Origin: Trichosphaerium sp. ATCC 40318
Taxonomy: Eukaryota; Protista; Tubulinea
NCBI GenBank assembly: GCA_038496445.1
Contig: JALMLS010000541.1
Location: 124,001 to 188,000 of the forward strand
DNA length: 64,000 bases
Direction of reading: 5' to 3'
In this document: positions 24,796 to 36,676 of the stretch, one piece after another
Numbering within the stretch: the stretch's first letter is position 1
How the letters are laid out: each line of letters starts with the position of its first letter
Program-made: the position numbers and the translations under genes
The notes under the pieces: generated by a model
What the model saw: only the letters and a program-made list of their open reading frames with translations
Databases searched by the model: none
What the model was told of the DNA's origin: nothing

Positions 24796-26126
24796 TTACC
24801 ACTGTAGTTGCATTGGCTTGTTCTCATAAGGCAACCTTTTACTTCCTTTCCATTTGTTCCCATTCGCTTCCCATTCCTTACATCGTAATGTTAGTAGGAC
24901 TCGAGAGAGAAGCATTGTAATACCTGAAGTAGGAGATCTTTTTTCTTCCATTGGTTTACCAACCACTCTCGTAGTTCCTTATCCTTAGTAGGCATATCTT
25001 TAATTGGTATTCTTTGTACATGAATATGGACATCAAAAGGTCTAAATAGTATAACATTTGAGATAGGCTTTACGCTCTGAGATGCAGTACCTTCTTTGTG
25101 TGAAGCCATATAAGAAGTCTTTGGCATGTAGATCGCCTTCATATGCTACTGTTACGTCATATACAGCATCTACAGTTCCCCTATTGTAGATTCTTAGACT
25201 TGAAGATTTTCTGGGTTTTTTTTTCAAAAGATCAACGCACGCTAACGCTTGAACGGTGGCTACAAACCCTTTCAACCTTGGATACAATACTTTTTTGAAT
25301 ACAGGAAGGTCATTCTTCTTACAATACGCAACGCTTTCTGCGTATTTTTTAGGCGACATACGTGTTCCCTCTGGATAGCTTATCATCCATAGAGGTACCT
25401 AAACATTCGTTTATTTGAAACGTCAGCATGACGAATAAACGTTTTGGAATTCTTGCCCTTCGCATTAACTACGAACTACGCAACGTGCCACCAGTTGTGA
25501 CAGGCAGGAATCTGTTTTGACATAAAAAAACAATAATACGCACGTTGAGAGACGTTAATCGGTTAAAGGTTTTATCAATGGATGATCTATCCTATTTTAC
25601 AGTGAGCTTGTGGTTCGTTTCAGGTATGCGTGATGGTGGCGTACCTTAGTCCAGTTTCGAGATAGAAATACTGTGCCAAGAAGGTATAAACCCCACCCGA
25701 AGCCTGGAATATGCTTTATCATGCCTTTGGCAAAAAACTTTAAGCAACCAAGTCTTCCGCACCTCTAACTCATTAGATATTACATAAACGTGCAATACGC
25801 ACCGCTGCGAGAGGAAAACCAGCCAGAAGCCAATCCATGCCTAGTTGGTGGTTGCTAATCATAACCACGCTCTCACGAGGCGGTAGGACATCTCCAGAAA
25901 AGTGCATACGTCCCTTGCCCCATTTTTCCGCCAAGTAGGCCATTGAGCCCCAATAGAAGTATGCCAGCCTAGAATTGACCACAAACACTTCACGCCAGCC
26001 ATAGAAAAGCAATATGAATGGAGCAATAAGCAAAGAAATAAAAACCACCACGAATGGCTCTATTAGGTTTATAATGATCAATGTAAGACCAATTGCAAAC
26101 ACGCCAACCCGCCCTAAGGCTTCCAT
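24796..26126 (-). CDS. Lysophospholipid acyltransferase (LCLAT1/AGPAT, PlsC family)
   Basis: Motif I SNHQLGMD, KFFAKGMIKHIPGFGWG, FLSRNW, YPEGTR, VLYPRLKGF, VYDVTVAY, HIHVQRIPIKDMP...WKKKDLLL. Confidence 0.92.
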
Positions 26127-26261
26127 GTCGGGTTTGGTAGGCAAATTATTGTTAGTTACTTAACGCTGGTAAGATAACTGAATTAACCGCAACCAACACG
26201 TTAAATACCTCATTAGTTAACTTGTCAACCGACACTTTTACTTTCAGTTTTGGTGTCAATA

Positions 26262-29200
26262 ATGGGAAACCAAGCGCCAAACCTCTCATACACAATAGAA
26301 AAAGGCGAAGCTCATACCGATGGCGTATTTGAGCAAGTGACAGGGCTGAATAAACAAGATGCAAAGCCAGCGACTGTACTGGTACATAACAAAAGCGGCG
26401 ATAAGCCTGCCGAGCTCGCTAGTAATGCGCTTGCGTGTTTTAAAATGCTGCGGCATCCAAACATCCTTAAATACATGTACGTTTACCTGTAGATATAAAA
26501 ATAGCGTTCTAAACGTCATTTTTAAGCGAGACAGCGGAAACCCCATCAGAGGTATTCAAACTAGTTCCGTTACGCGTCAAAATACTTACCACAGCGCTAG
26601 CTATATATTGTGCTTGCTAAAAAATTTGTACCGCTACGAAAACTGCTCGACAAGCTTACACCACGCGAAAAGCTTCTAGGCGCATACCAAATAATAGTAT
26701 CCTGAACCAAGTCTGTTTTTAACCACGTCAGCATTTTTTGGAACAAGATTTATTTTTCTTTCACTCAAAACAAAAGACAGCAGTAGAGTTCCTACACGAA
26801 CAAGTACGTTTAAAAAAACATCGATAAAGCGTTTAACCTTATTTCTTTTAGTGCAACATGTGTCACTCTAACTTGAATATTGACTCTATCTATGTGAACC
26901 CAAATGATAATGGTACGCGACAAACATTAAAAAACAGATATACCTCAGTTATTGGAAACTCCTAAATTGGTATTAAACGGCACGTACTGATGATTTCGTT
27001 AGCTGAATGGAAGTTGAGTGGTTTCGAATTCACACGAAAATTCACCAATGGTGTTGAGCTTGGAGAGTACCTGAGCAAGCACACTGTGCGTTAACATAAT
27101 GCTAGTAAATCAAGAAAGTACTAAACCGTCATTTAGGACTTTCAATACGATAAAGCTATCCCACCAGAGTTTGTTAAAGTATGCTAACCTTTGTCTTCGA
27201 ATTCTTCGACTTGAGTGTCTTTTACAACAAAATCGCTCATATTGTATTATACATTACTAATACCTAATAAGAACCTTAAAGAGTCTTTAGAAGAATGTAC
27301 AATTGCATCACGTGACAGTTGGTACAAGCTTTAAAACTGCTATTTTTTGAAAAAAAGCCATTCAACTTTTGTTTATTTTGTTTCTTACCATTACCAGGGC
27401 TATTGGTGTTATGATAGAAGAACTAGGGCTAGCACTTAAAATATCTAAAAATATAAAAGATAAACGCCCAGAACGACGTCCTTCATTGAGAGACATACGC
27501 GAGGCTATGCTAGAAAAAGATGATGTTATTAGCATAGCAGCATTTTTACAGGTAAAACCACACTCTTGTAGTCAATAGAATTTGCAATAGAAAATTAGGT
27601 CAATGACGATATAGAAAAGCTGTATTAACGAATGAGTAGGATGTATTCAAGAAAACACCAGATGAACGAAAAGATTTTTTTGAGTGCGTATTTTTTGTAT
27701 TATCAAGAAATCTGCAACATTTGGCACTTTTTTACATATTAGGCATTTCTTTGTTGTTATTAATTATTACGTGATGTGCTTCAACAAAACAAACCGTAAC
27801 AGTCTTGTCTCTTACGAGACAGAAAAGACATTTCATACTTTTATCTCGGCTTTTTAAAAAATTTTTTTGATGATTTTTTTTGCTTACCTCAACGCAATCT
27901 AGGTCGTTATTTATAAGAACTTATCGTATAGAAAAAACTGCTTTTGAGAATTTGATTGTACCACGACTTCTAAAATTCAATACAATGATACTGGTACGTC
28001 ATAATAACAACTTTACTTTTAACATTTTATTGTTTGCAGCCAGAGATTGCATCATTCCTACCTTATTTATTCACACCACGTGACACAATGCCATCACAAA
28101 CAGGATTATTGGTACCAACTATAACCACGTGATAGTTAAAACATCAAAAAGTTTAACTTGATTTTCAGAGCGAGGAATCATTTATATCACTAGTTTGCCC
28201 TTTTATTACATTTGGATGGACTCAAGTACGATTTTTAAATAATGCTCTCAGTTTGTGGTTTGATACTAATGGTTACTCTACAGCCTTCCATGAAGTTCAA
28301 ACATGTTGTGGTTAGCGTTTTGAAATACCATTGTTTTTTTCTTTATGAAAAACAACCAGAGTTATTAAAGAATGTAATAGTTCCACAAGTACGTGTTGCT
28401 TGTTTTTTTTTTTTTGTGGAACTTTGGAAAAACCTTTTCTTTGACTTCCTTGACAAGTCAGTACAGTTGTATTGATACTTAATTAGGTTGATCGTATGTT
28501 GAGCAATGGTAAACTCTCGCTAGAGATCCGTGAAGCGACTATTAATGCTATTGTTGAAATATCAAACGTTTATCCATTGGTAACTTTGTTTTTTTCTTCT
28601 TTGGTTGTTGACACTTTTGCTCATTTCTCTTTATAGCTTGTAGAGCCAATGTTAGAAAAAATGATGAATCAATTAGACGACACAGTTTACCCTAAAGTAC
28701 TATGTGTCGCCCTGTGTAGGTAAGAAGTAACTACATTTGGGCAAGGAAAAACAATATACCATTTTTTTCGCACGTTTTTTTCTAACTGTCATTCACTAGT
28801 GTAGAAAAAGTTTTAATCTCATTGGATCCTACTATAGTATCCAAAAAATACCTACCAAAATTATGCCAGTATCTAGTACATGAAAGCAGGTAACTTCCTC
28901 ACCACAAACAAAAAAACTACTCCGTAAACTTTTTTGCTTTGAAGCTGATTGGTTTTCTTTAAGTGCTGTCCGTGTACAAACACTTAAAAGTATAAATGTC
29001 ATAATGTCCCATGTGATACAATCACAAGGAGATTCGAGTGACATAATAATGAGTAGCCCAAGGGATACCCCTAAAAGCCCAAGAACAATTTCAAAAGAAA
29101 AGTACAGCCAAAAAACTCCAGTAGAAAAAATAGCACAAGATGAAAGAAGAGTTTCTGGAGGATATACACCACCTATTATCCCGCCACCAACTCCCTCATC

Positions 29201-30255
29201 CCTAACCTCTGTAAAAAAAACAGAACCTCCAACAAAAACTACACCGACTAGTGGTGATAAAGGACCTAGTGCGAGCGACAAAGTAGAAACTTCTTTAGAT
29301 GATAGTATCAACAAAAAGTAAGCGTTGATTCTTTTTATACTTATTGAAATATGTTCTAGAGAAGAGTCATTTCCGGCTGTAACAAAGTTAAGTCAAGCTA
29401 ATAACGCTTGGGATGATTTTTCTGACTTTGAAGATGATCCGTAAGTCCACATTTCTGCTCAGAACAAAAATCAGCTAATGTACATTTTTTAGAGCTTATG
29501 CACCACTCGATGGCTCTGAATCAAAAGGAGCTGAAAGTACCATAAATACAGGTACATCAGCACCTGAATCTAAGAAAGATACAACACCACATGAGACAAA
29601 AAACGAATCAACACCAATAGTCGAAAACAAAAAAGATGAAAGTGACTCGAAACACAATGCAGAAAAGGAAGACTCTGCAAATTATCTCAAAACAGATACA
29701 GAAGGTGATGAAAACCTTGATAAAACTATTACACCTTCAGAGAGTATAGATACTCCAAAAGGTAAAGAAACTAAAACAGAAGAAAAAAATCAGAATGAGA
29801 AAGATCCCTCTGATTCAACGCAACAAGAAAATACAAGTGACACAGTTGATGCAACAACAGAGTCTAGAGATGACGTATCAGCAACAAAATCATCGTCTGT
29901 AGCGTCAAATACAAAGGTAGAGAATGAAGAAAAGCCAGAAGAAGGCGGTGGATTATTTGAAGGATTGAGTACAACGCCCAATGTTTTTCCTGAAGTACCA
30001 CCTCTTACTATAAGTGAGACTACAAAGGAACCTTCAATGACTTCTCCTACTTCTTCTAGATCACCAATAGATCCTTCTAAACCTAAAAAAAAGAAGCGTA
30101 GTGCACGTGGTAGAAGGATAAAGCCACAATCAGCAAGTACGTAAAAAAACCAATCGAAACAGTTTTAGTGCTTCTGTTTCTTTTTTTTTTTTTCTTCGCA
30201 TTTTTCTTATCTCATTATAGCGAGATGGGGAGTGTACAAGGGAGATAAAAAATAA
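26262..30255 (+). CDS. SCY1-like pseudokinase (SCYL family; N-myristoylation start, HEAT repeats, disordered acidic tail)
   Basis: MGNQA start, FKMLRHPNILKY, EFLHEQCNMCHSNLNIDSIYV, EWKLSGFEF, then helical repeats and a low-complexity C-terminus. Canonical catalytic motifs are absent. Confidence 0.82.
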
Positions 30256-30394
30256 TAAAATAGACTATTATAAGCATAAAAATAAAATCTCTTTATTTCG
30301 ATAAGAAACAGAATTGTGGCGTCAAAAGTTAAATTGTTTCCTTTTTTTTCATTCATTTGTAAAACCTTCTGTACTGATACTCAAAGATGTCTTG

Positions 30395-30622
30395 TACACT
30401 AGCTCCATGACGGTAATACATATTGTCTTCAATAGTTGGATGTTGTACAATAAAGCCATTCTGAACAGAAACTAGACCATGTTTAGACAACAAGTAGCCC
30501 ACTTAGCTCAATCGGAAGAGCGTTTGGCTTTTGACCAGATGGTAGCGAGATCAAAACTCGCAGTGGGTAGCACACATTAACACTAAATCTTTGGTGTTAG
30601 TGCGCAAAGTGTTCCAAATAAA
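30395..30622 (+). mobile_element. Dispersed tRNA-headed repeat, copy 1 (other copies at about 40160-40420 minus and 63561-63735 plus)
   Basis: Shared leader ...TGTACAATAAAGCCATTCTGAACAGAAACTAGACCATGTTTAGACAACAAGTA (copies 1 and 2) and shared tail TTAACACTA.ATCTTTGGTGTTAGTG.GCAAAGTGTTCCAAATAA (all three). Mobility is inferred; no TSD identified. Confidence 0.6.
30497..30568 (+). tRNA. Atypical tRNA-Lys(TTT)-like sequence, copy 1 (head of a dispersed repeat; probably pseudo-tRNA/SINE-like)
   Basis: Cloverleaf GCCCACT/AGTGGGT, D-stem GCTC/GAGC, anticodon arm TTTGG-CTTTTGA-CCAGA, T-arm GCGAG-ATCAAAA-CTCGC. Confidence 0.75.
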
Positions 30623-30981
30623 TCCAAAAATATTTCAATGAATACGGCAAGCTTGCAACCTTCAAGATACTTACAGCTAATAATTAAGCTGTTGCAATCT
30701 ATCAAGTACTTACTATCACCAATGTTTGTAGCACTACAAAATACTCCTATACTCACAAGTAAACGCTTCGATAAGCAGTTACAATATATAGTACGGTAAG
30801 CTGAGAAATCAAAAGCACAATTTCTATCAAGGGCATTGAACCCATTTTTGTTCCTGCTACGTCATAGCATGACTACTTTCGTTTTTATCATTTTTTGGAC
30901 AACTCAGTTTGACAAAAGAAACTGAACAAAGTTGTTACGAAGTGTGGTTTATTTCCAAATTAGCCGATCCAAAGTTCTGTT

Positions 30982-31556
30982 TTAGCATACAGCAGTAACT
31001 TCTTGACCCTTTACAAAGAATCTAGCGTTACAGCCACCTAAAATAACGCGAACCACGTGTTAAAAAAAACAAACCAATAAAAAAGTACAACGTACCACAA
31101 TAATCGGCAACACAGCAAGCTTTAGGTACTCCAGGACATACACTGTATTCACACGGGTTTATAAAACATAACCAAGCCACAAGGGCATGAGCAATCAACT
31201 GGAACGCCTAGTACTTCGAACTGAGGAACACCTAGCGCTCGTTAAGATAAAAGATCTCTCCCGTTTTTTAGTTGTCCTTGTTGACAGAAAAAGTGTTTTG
31301 TCGTACATCCTACGGGAGAGCACGGTTTAGAGCAACATTTTGCTTGTCCTTGCATTCTAGGACATGAATTCGGATAAGGACAGCAATCTTGGTCTAAAAA
31401 ACAACCGTCATCAACACAGGTTGGCTCGCAGAACTTGTGAGCTTGTTTAGTTGACGCTAGTTAAATATTAGCTGACGATAAAACGTGACAATAAACACGT
31501 GCGAACGTGCCTAACGCGAAGAAAGTTATGACAAGAACGATAAGACTATACTGCAT
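30982..31556 (-). CDS. Small secreted cysteine-rich protein, possibly frameshifted (pseudogene)
   Basis: Signal MQYSLIVLVITFFAL, then FCEPTCVDDGCFLDQDCCPYPNSCPRMQGQAKCCSKPC and CFINPCEYSVCPGVPKACCVADYCGGCNARFF. Frames do not join cleanly near 31170. Confidence 0.65.
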
Positions 31557-32419
31557 GGTTAACAAAGAAAGGCAGAAGTGATATGGTAGGCAAATTAATG
31601 GTTTAAGCCAGATCGGTTATTGTGATTTGCCAAAATGCATGATGCATCTGGTCAACCTATCATAACAGAAAACCGGAGCATTTTTGTTGTTTTGTACTCT
31701 GTTTAATAAACACTCAGCACTAATGAATTACAGTTACTGCACAATCATCGTCGCAAGTAACTTACCGCAAGTTCGATGTAAATTGTACAGTAATAGAATT
31801 AAATTATGGAAATACTGTTAATCGCGTGCCTTTACAACTACTTCCGCAACAGTCACGCTTTGTTGAGCATAACAATTTTGTAGCTCACATGTTCATGCCA
31901 AGTCTATAAAGCACTACGCCAACGAAATTTGGAAATACAAGCGCTACTAGAGTGAGGTGGAACCTGCCGCGCATTCATGTGGTTTTATGCTCTTTTTAGT
32001 TACCGTTGTATTTGTTTAGATTCTTTGAGTCAATTGAAACAAATTGTCTAATTAGTCTTAGAATGACAACGGAGCCTGTCGTAGACAACAGGTTTAAAAT
32101 TATTATTGCTAAGCGCCACAAGAGCAGTATAGATGATAAAGATAACAACGTTTGTGTAAAGTAATGTAAAGTTTAGCGTCGGTATTACAACTTTACATTT
32201 AGTTACTACAGTACGTTTTATATGACTAGCATTACAAAACCTGTCATAAGTTAATAATCGACCAATCTTATGTATGGGGAAATCCTATTTGTTCTTATAT
32301 ACCAAGTAATCGTGATCCTCATGTCTCATTGTTTCAAAATAACTTGTGTACTTTCAATAATACCCAACGAATCTTGATTTCTGTCTCTTCCTAAAATATT
32401 CTTGTCCCGTTCACAAAAG

Positions 32420-33019
32420 ATTATAGCACAATTCCATTCTTGACATTGTTTTGAATATATGAGCAACCGGATAACGACTATTATAGAGCTGAACCAACTT
32501 TATCTCTGGATACTTCATCAGAAACTGTGAAAAAATACTCAGCTGGTTATCTTGGTCCCGTTGTACTATCATTATTGAAGCACTGCATGTTCTATGTGAT
32601 ACATAAAAGACCACCTAGTGTCTTCTTCGTTGGTTAGATTTTGGTAAATGCTCTGAGACATGATACACATTTCTCTCATAAGTCTTTATTGTGTCGTGAC
32701 ATTTATACGTTGTATTGATAATTGTTGTACCAGGTTCAAAGCATCTTCATCAGTTATGATCTAATATCTATCTTTTTAACGTGTTTAAGAGTTGTCATAT
32801 CAGGAAGAGGGTTCCTTTCAACCAAGCTACCAGCACAATAGTTTTTATTATTCGGTTTAACAACTTGATGTAATGGCATGTTGCTAGCAGACATTTTGTA
32901 GAAACACAGTCAAGGTGTACCAGTATGACTACAAGTATTTCTAAAATAGCATTAGCAATATATATAATTGTAGTATAGGTCCTACCTGGAGGAATATCAA
33001 AAAGGATATCAATTTCCAT
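32420..33019 (-). pseudogene. Decayed F-box/LRR gene
   Basis: MEIDILFDIPP|EILVVILVHLDCVSTKCLLATC is an F-box after removing a GT-AG intron. Downstream LKHVKKIDI and ITDEDALNL LRR-like remnants are interrupted by stops and frameshifts. Confidence 0.6.
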
Positions 33020-33344
33020 TGTTGAGTAGTCAAAGTCAAGTCAGAGACAACCACTGTCAACCAGCTAGAGATCAAGGTTCGTGTCGTAGTGCCTTCGGAA
33101 TAGCTTGTTCAAACAAACTAAATAAAATTTCGGTTTAGGCTTTCGCGACCAGAAATTAATGCGATTTTAATTAAACGGTAAACAAACGTTTCAAAAGCCA
33201 CTTTCAACGAGTTTGCACTACTTTTGGCTACAGCACGTGTTCTATTTCTCAGAAATCACGAGCTTAAGCTAAGCCTTTTTCTGTTTCTAATTTTACAAGT
33301 TTGCATTTTTATGGTTTACATCATTTGGAACTCTCCTTCAGTAC

Positions 33345-33690
33345 CCTTTTAGACCTCGTATATGCTCATCAATGGCAAGCAACATGGCGAACACAAACAA
33401 TGGTATGCAAATGGTCAACTTCAGACACAGTGTATGTGGGTCAGTGGTAAAATCCATGGTGAATGTAGAGGATGGTATGAAAATGGACAGCTTCAGTTTC
33501 AGACAATGTTTATTGATGATAAACAACATGGTGAACACAAAGAATGGCATGAAAATGGACAACTCCTATCACCGTCCGTATGGGTTGATGCTAAACAACA
33601 TGGTGAACATAAAGAATGGCATGAAAATAGTCAACTAAAAATACAGCGCATGTGGATGGTAAACTCCATGGCGAAAGTAGACGATGGTAT
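33345..33690 (+). pseudogene. MORN-variant (MORN_2/YwqK-like) repeat relic
   Basis: Tandem 24-aa units such as GKQHGEHKQWYANGQLQTQCMWVS and GKIHGECRGWYENGQLQFQ. Frameshift near 33655; truncated at the stop codon of the convergent gene. Confidence 0.75.
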
Positions 33691-35389
33691 CAGTTTTGTT
33701 GTGCTGCAGCCGATGGTTTGCTTCTTCTAAAAGGAAAAACATATTCTCTCACTTTTCGAACAGAGAGAGAAATTACAATTATACATAGAACAAATAAACA
33801 CACTAAAACCAATCCAACAATTGCTCCCACACCCAAACCTTTTGCCTAAATAAACGCATTAGTATTCTTGAAATTTTCTTATTCTACGTACCTGTTCAGG
33901 AGTAGTGCTTGATGTACATAATCTCGTAATTATTGAATTTCTTGTTACTTCTAAATCTATACAAGTGGTTTCCCCCGATGTGAGAATAACTTCAGCGTCC
34001 TTAACAGTGACACAAGAACTGTCATCGAAAGTAAACAAAGTAACATTTATCCCCGTTTCATGCTCCAAGAACAGCTTTCCGTTAATTTCAACACATCCAC
34101 TCACAGCCAACTACAACTTGTATCAGTAATTAATAAGGCGTGTTTTGATACTTACAATAACGCCAGGGCGAAAAGTCACTGTACTTGAGGAATCAATAGA
34201 CACGTCGCCACTAATGAGGACTGACTTGATTATAACTATGTCGTCGTTTACCAGGGGTAGATTATACGCTGTCCATGTTCCTCCTTCACAATTTGCCTCG
34301 GGATAAGGCTTTAAATCAGTATCGCATGTCCACATTCCTCCTTTACATATTGCATCAGGAGACAGCTTTTGATCGGCATCACAGGTCCAAGTTTCTCCTT
34401 TACATATTGATCTATTTGAAGGTCGAGGGCTTTGGCAATTGTTCCCGCAGTTAAAGCTGTACTTAATAGCTGCGAGAAGCATATCCTTTCCAGCTTGATT
34501 TAATTCTCTACCAGCTATTGAAAGGAAAAAACCAATCCTACAACTTGGTGCAAGTGTGTTATCAGCAAGTATGTCACCCTAATAACAACTACCTGTAAGT
34601 ACAAAGATACACATTTCGCTCCAGCTTTTATCCAAAAGAGGCTACCTTTTCAAAAACGAAGTAAGAAGGCATTCTGTTACCAAACGTTGCTTTTGCAATC
34701 ACTCTCGCACTACTAGCGAGAATCCCTGTTTTATTGATAGATGATAAATATCCATTGCTATCAAGAACAGTAACAACACCGTTGTAGTTAGCTGCGAGCA
34801 TACTCGTAGGAGCAACTATTTCGATTTCTCCTATAGTTAGCTCCTTCTCTAAACAGTAGTTTTAATCCTCATATGAACACAATATTGTGTACCTCCCCAT
34901 CCGAATGACGAATCTGCTGGTATGTACCGAAAAGTTGCGCGTTCATAAGTCAGTATTGGGACACTCTCTTTAAATATCATGCTAACATGCTGTGACAAAA
35001 CGGATTCAGATACAAGCTAAGGAAATATGAGGTGTTAATAAGAACTAAAACTTTTTAATGAAATAAACGCGCACAATAGCCCCGTAAGCCTTCACTAGTG
35101 CTGGGTTTGCCTGGACGCTCCCATATTCACAGTCGTAGGGTATATTACTCTCTTGGATAAACATTTGTATTGCGTTGTCGTGAATACTACCATCGCCACC
35201 TCCGTTACAATGGGCTGACTATTTGTCTTTAGCAAACAACGCTAGTTCGGCAGAATGTAATAGCGAAAACTAGAATCAGAAACGTACAATAAATAAAAGT
35301 TTGCTGGCCTTTGACACTGGCGGTTCCTGACAATACACGTATCTCGCAGTAATAGAAGCAAAAAGTATGAAAAATATCACGTGATTCAT
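33690..35389 (-). CDS. Type I membrane protein: GATase/ThuA-like bacterial-type ectodomain, Cys repeats, single TM
   Basis: Signal MNHVIFFILFASITA, AYGAILVSESVLSQHV...ESVPILTYE, GDILADNTLAPSCRIGFF...LNQAGKDMLLAAIKY, three C.G..WT repeats, TM GVGAIVGLVLVCLFVLCIIVISL, short basic tail. Confidence 0.75.
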
Positions 35390-35726
35390 TGTTATACCCT
35401 TTTGTTTAAAAAGGTGCGTAGTACGAAAATGAATTGCGAATACTAAATTAATGTGTACAGACTTAGACTGACTACATCATACAACCACATAATTTTAGTG
35501 TGGTGTAGATTTATACGTATAACAATTTAATAAGCTGGTGGCCGTAGGTTGTAGGAGCACGAACAATTAAGTTGATCATGTTTGGTTACAACGTTTTCAA
35601 AAAAGGCGTGCTAGTTACCAAACACTACAGCTTCTTTCTAAGGCATAAATGTTGGTTTATTAGTAGTTTACAAGATGAATCGCTTTTTTTTAAATCAAAA
35701 GATAAGTGGTGTAGAAAGGATGATAG

Positions 35727-36500
35727 CTACGCAAACTCGTCAGGGCTTGGTAGAGGTCTTTTTCGTGGCTGAAAAGGACACCAGCGCGTGTTTAGCACAG
35801 GAAGTAAGTGGTAAAGTGATATTAAAGAGCGTAAGTAGTTAGAAACGACTCCAGATTTTAGTGTCAGTTCTATGGTGAGACCAATTACAGAGTGTGTTAT
35901 TGCTTTATTAGCATCACCAGCATGGCAGGATACTGCAATATGGCCTTGCTTAGAACTGAATCTGAACAAATAAGATCCTATCAGCGATTTAAGCACGTAG
36001 ATGGGAAAATAAAATACTTCAGCTTGTTGACTGTTTTATGCGTTGTACGTACCCACATGTATCTTGATGAGTTTCTTTTCTGCATCCACAGATGTTAAAT
36101 ACCCGTGAAAGTATCGTGATAATCTAATAAGGATCAGTGAGGAGTAAAGAACGAAAGGAAAGTCCAAACAATGCATGACTTGTGGTTCTAGTTTTTGACA
36201 TACACTTGATTTTCTAATAAACTGATCGTAGTGCATTATTGCACCCTCCATATTGCAAACAGCCAAGGCAGCGTAGGTGCGTTTACCTTGAGATAGCCGG
36301 ACAATAAAGAACCGTCCAAATCTGAATATTTTTTTAGCATAGTTTTGCGTCCCAGTTTTTTTTGAATTTCTTGCTTAGTTCCTATTTAAATACAGATTGA
36401 AATGCGTACCACACACCCAGTCAGAATTTTGTTGCAGTCTACATGTGATCTTTCGAACGTGTTCGAAAAAATCAGTCAGAATTGCTGTTTGTACCTTTAG
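35727..36500 (-). CDS. Tandem SH2-domain protein (Shk/STAT-type); 5' structure unresolved, may be degenerate
   Basis: YFHGYLTSVDAEKKL...|GSYLFRFSSKQGHIAVS...ITHSVI is a clear SH2. Upstream GRFFIVRLSQGKRTYAALAV...IMHY is a second SH2-like core. Confidence 0.7.
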
Positions 36501-36676
36501 TTTACTACTACAATTTATTTTTACAAGATTGGGTAGGAACTGTTTTAGCTAAAAAATTTGGTACATTTTAGTGTACACATCTCGTCATCTATCACTTCAA
36601 TAACCTCCAAACTACACCAACAACAACTCCTGAAAAAGGTGTAATAGAGGCTTACCACAACTAACTAAAACAAAGT

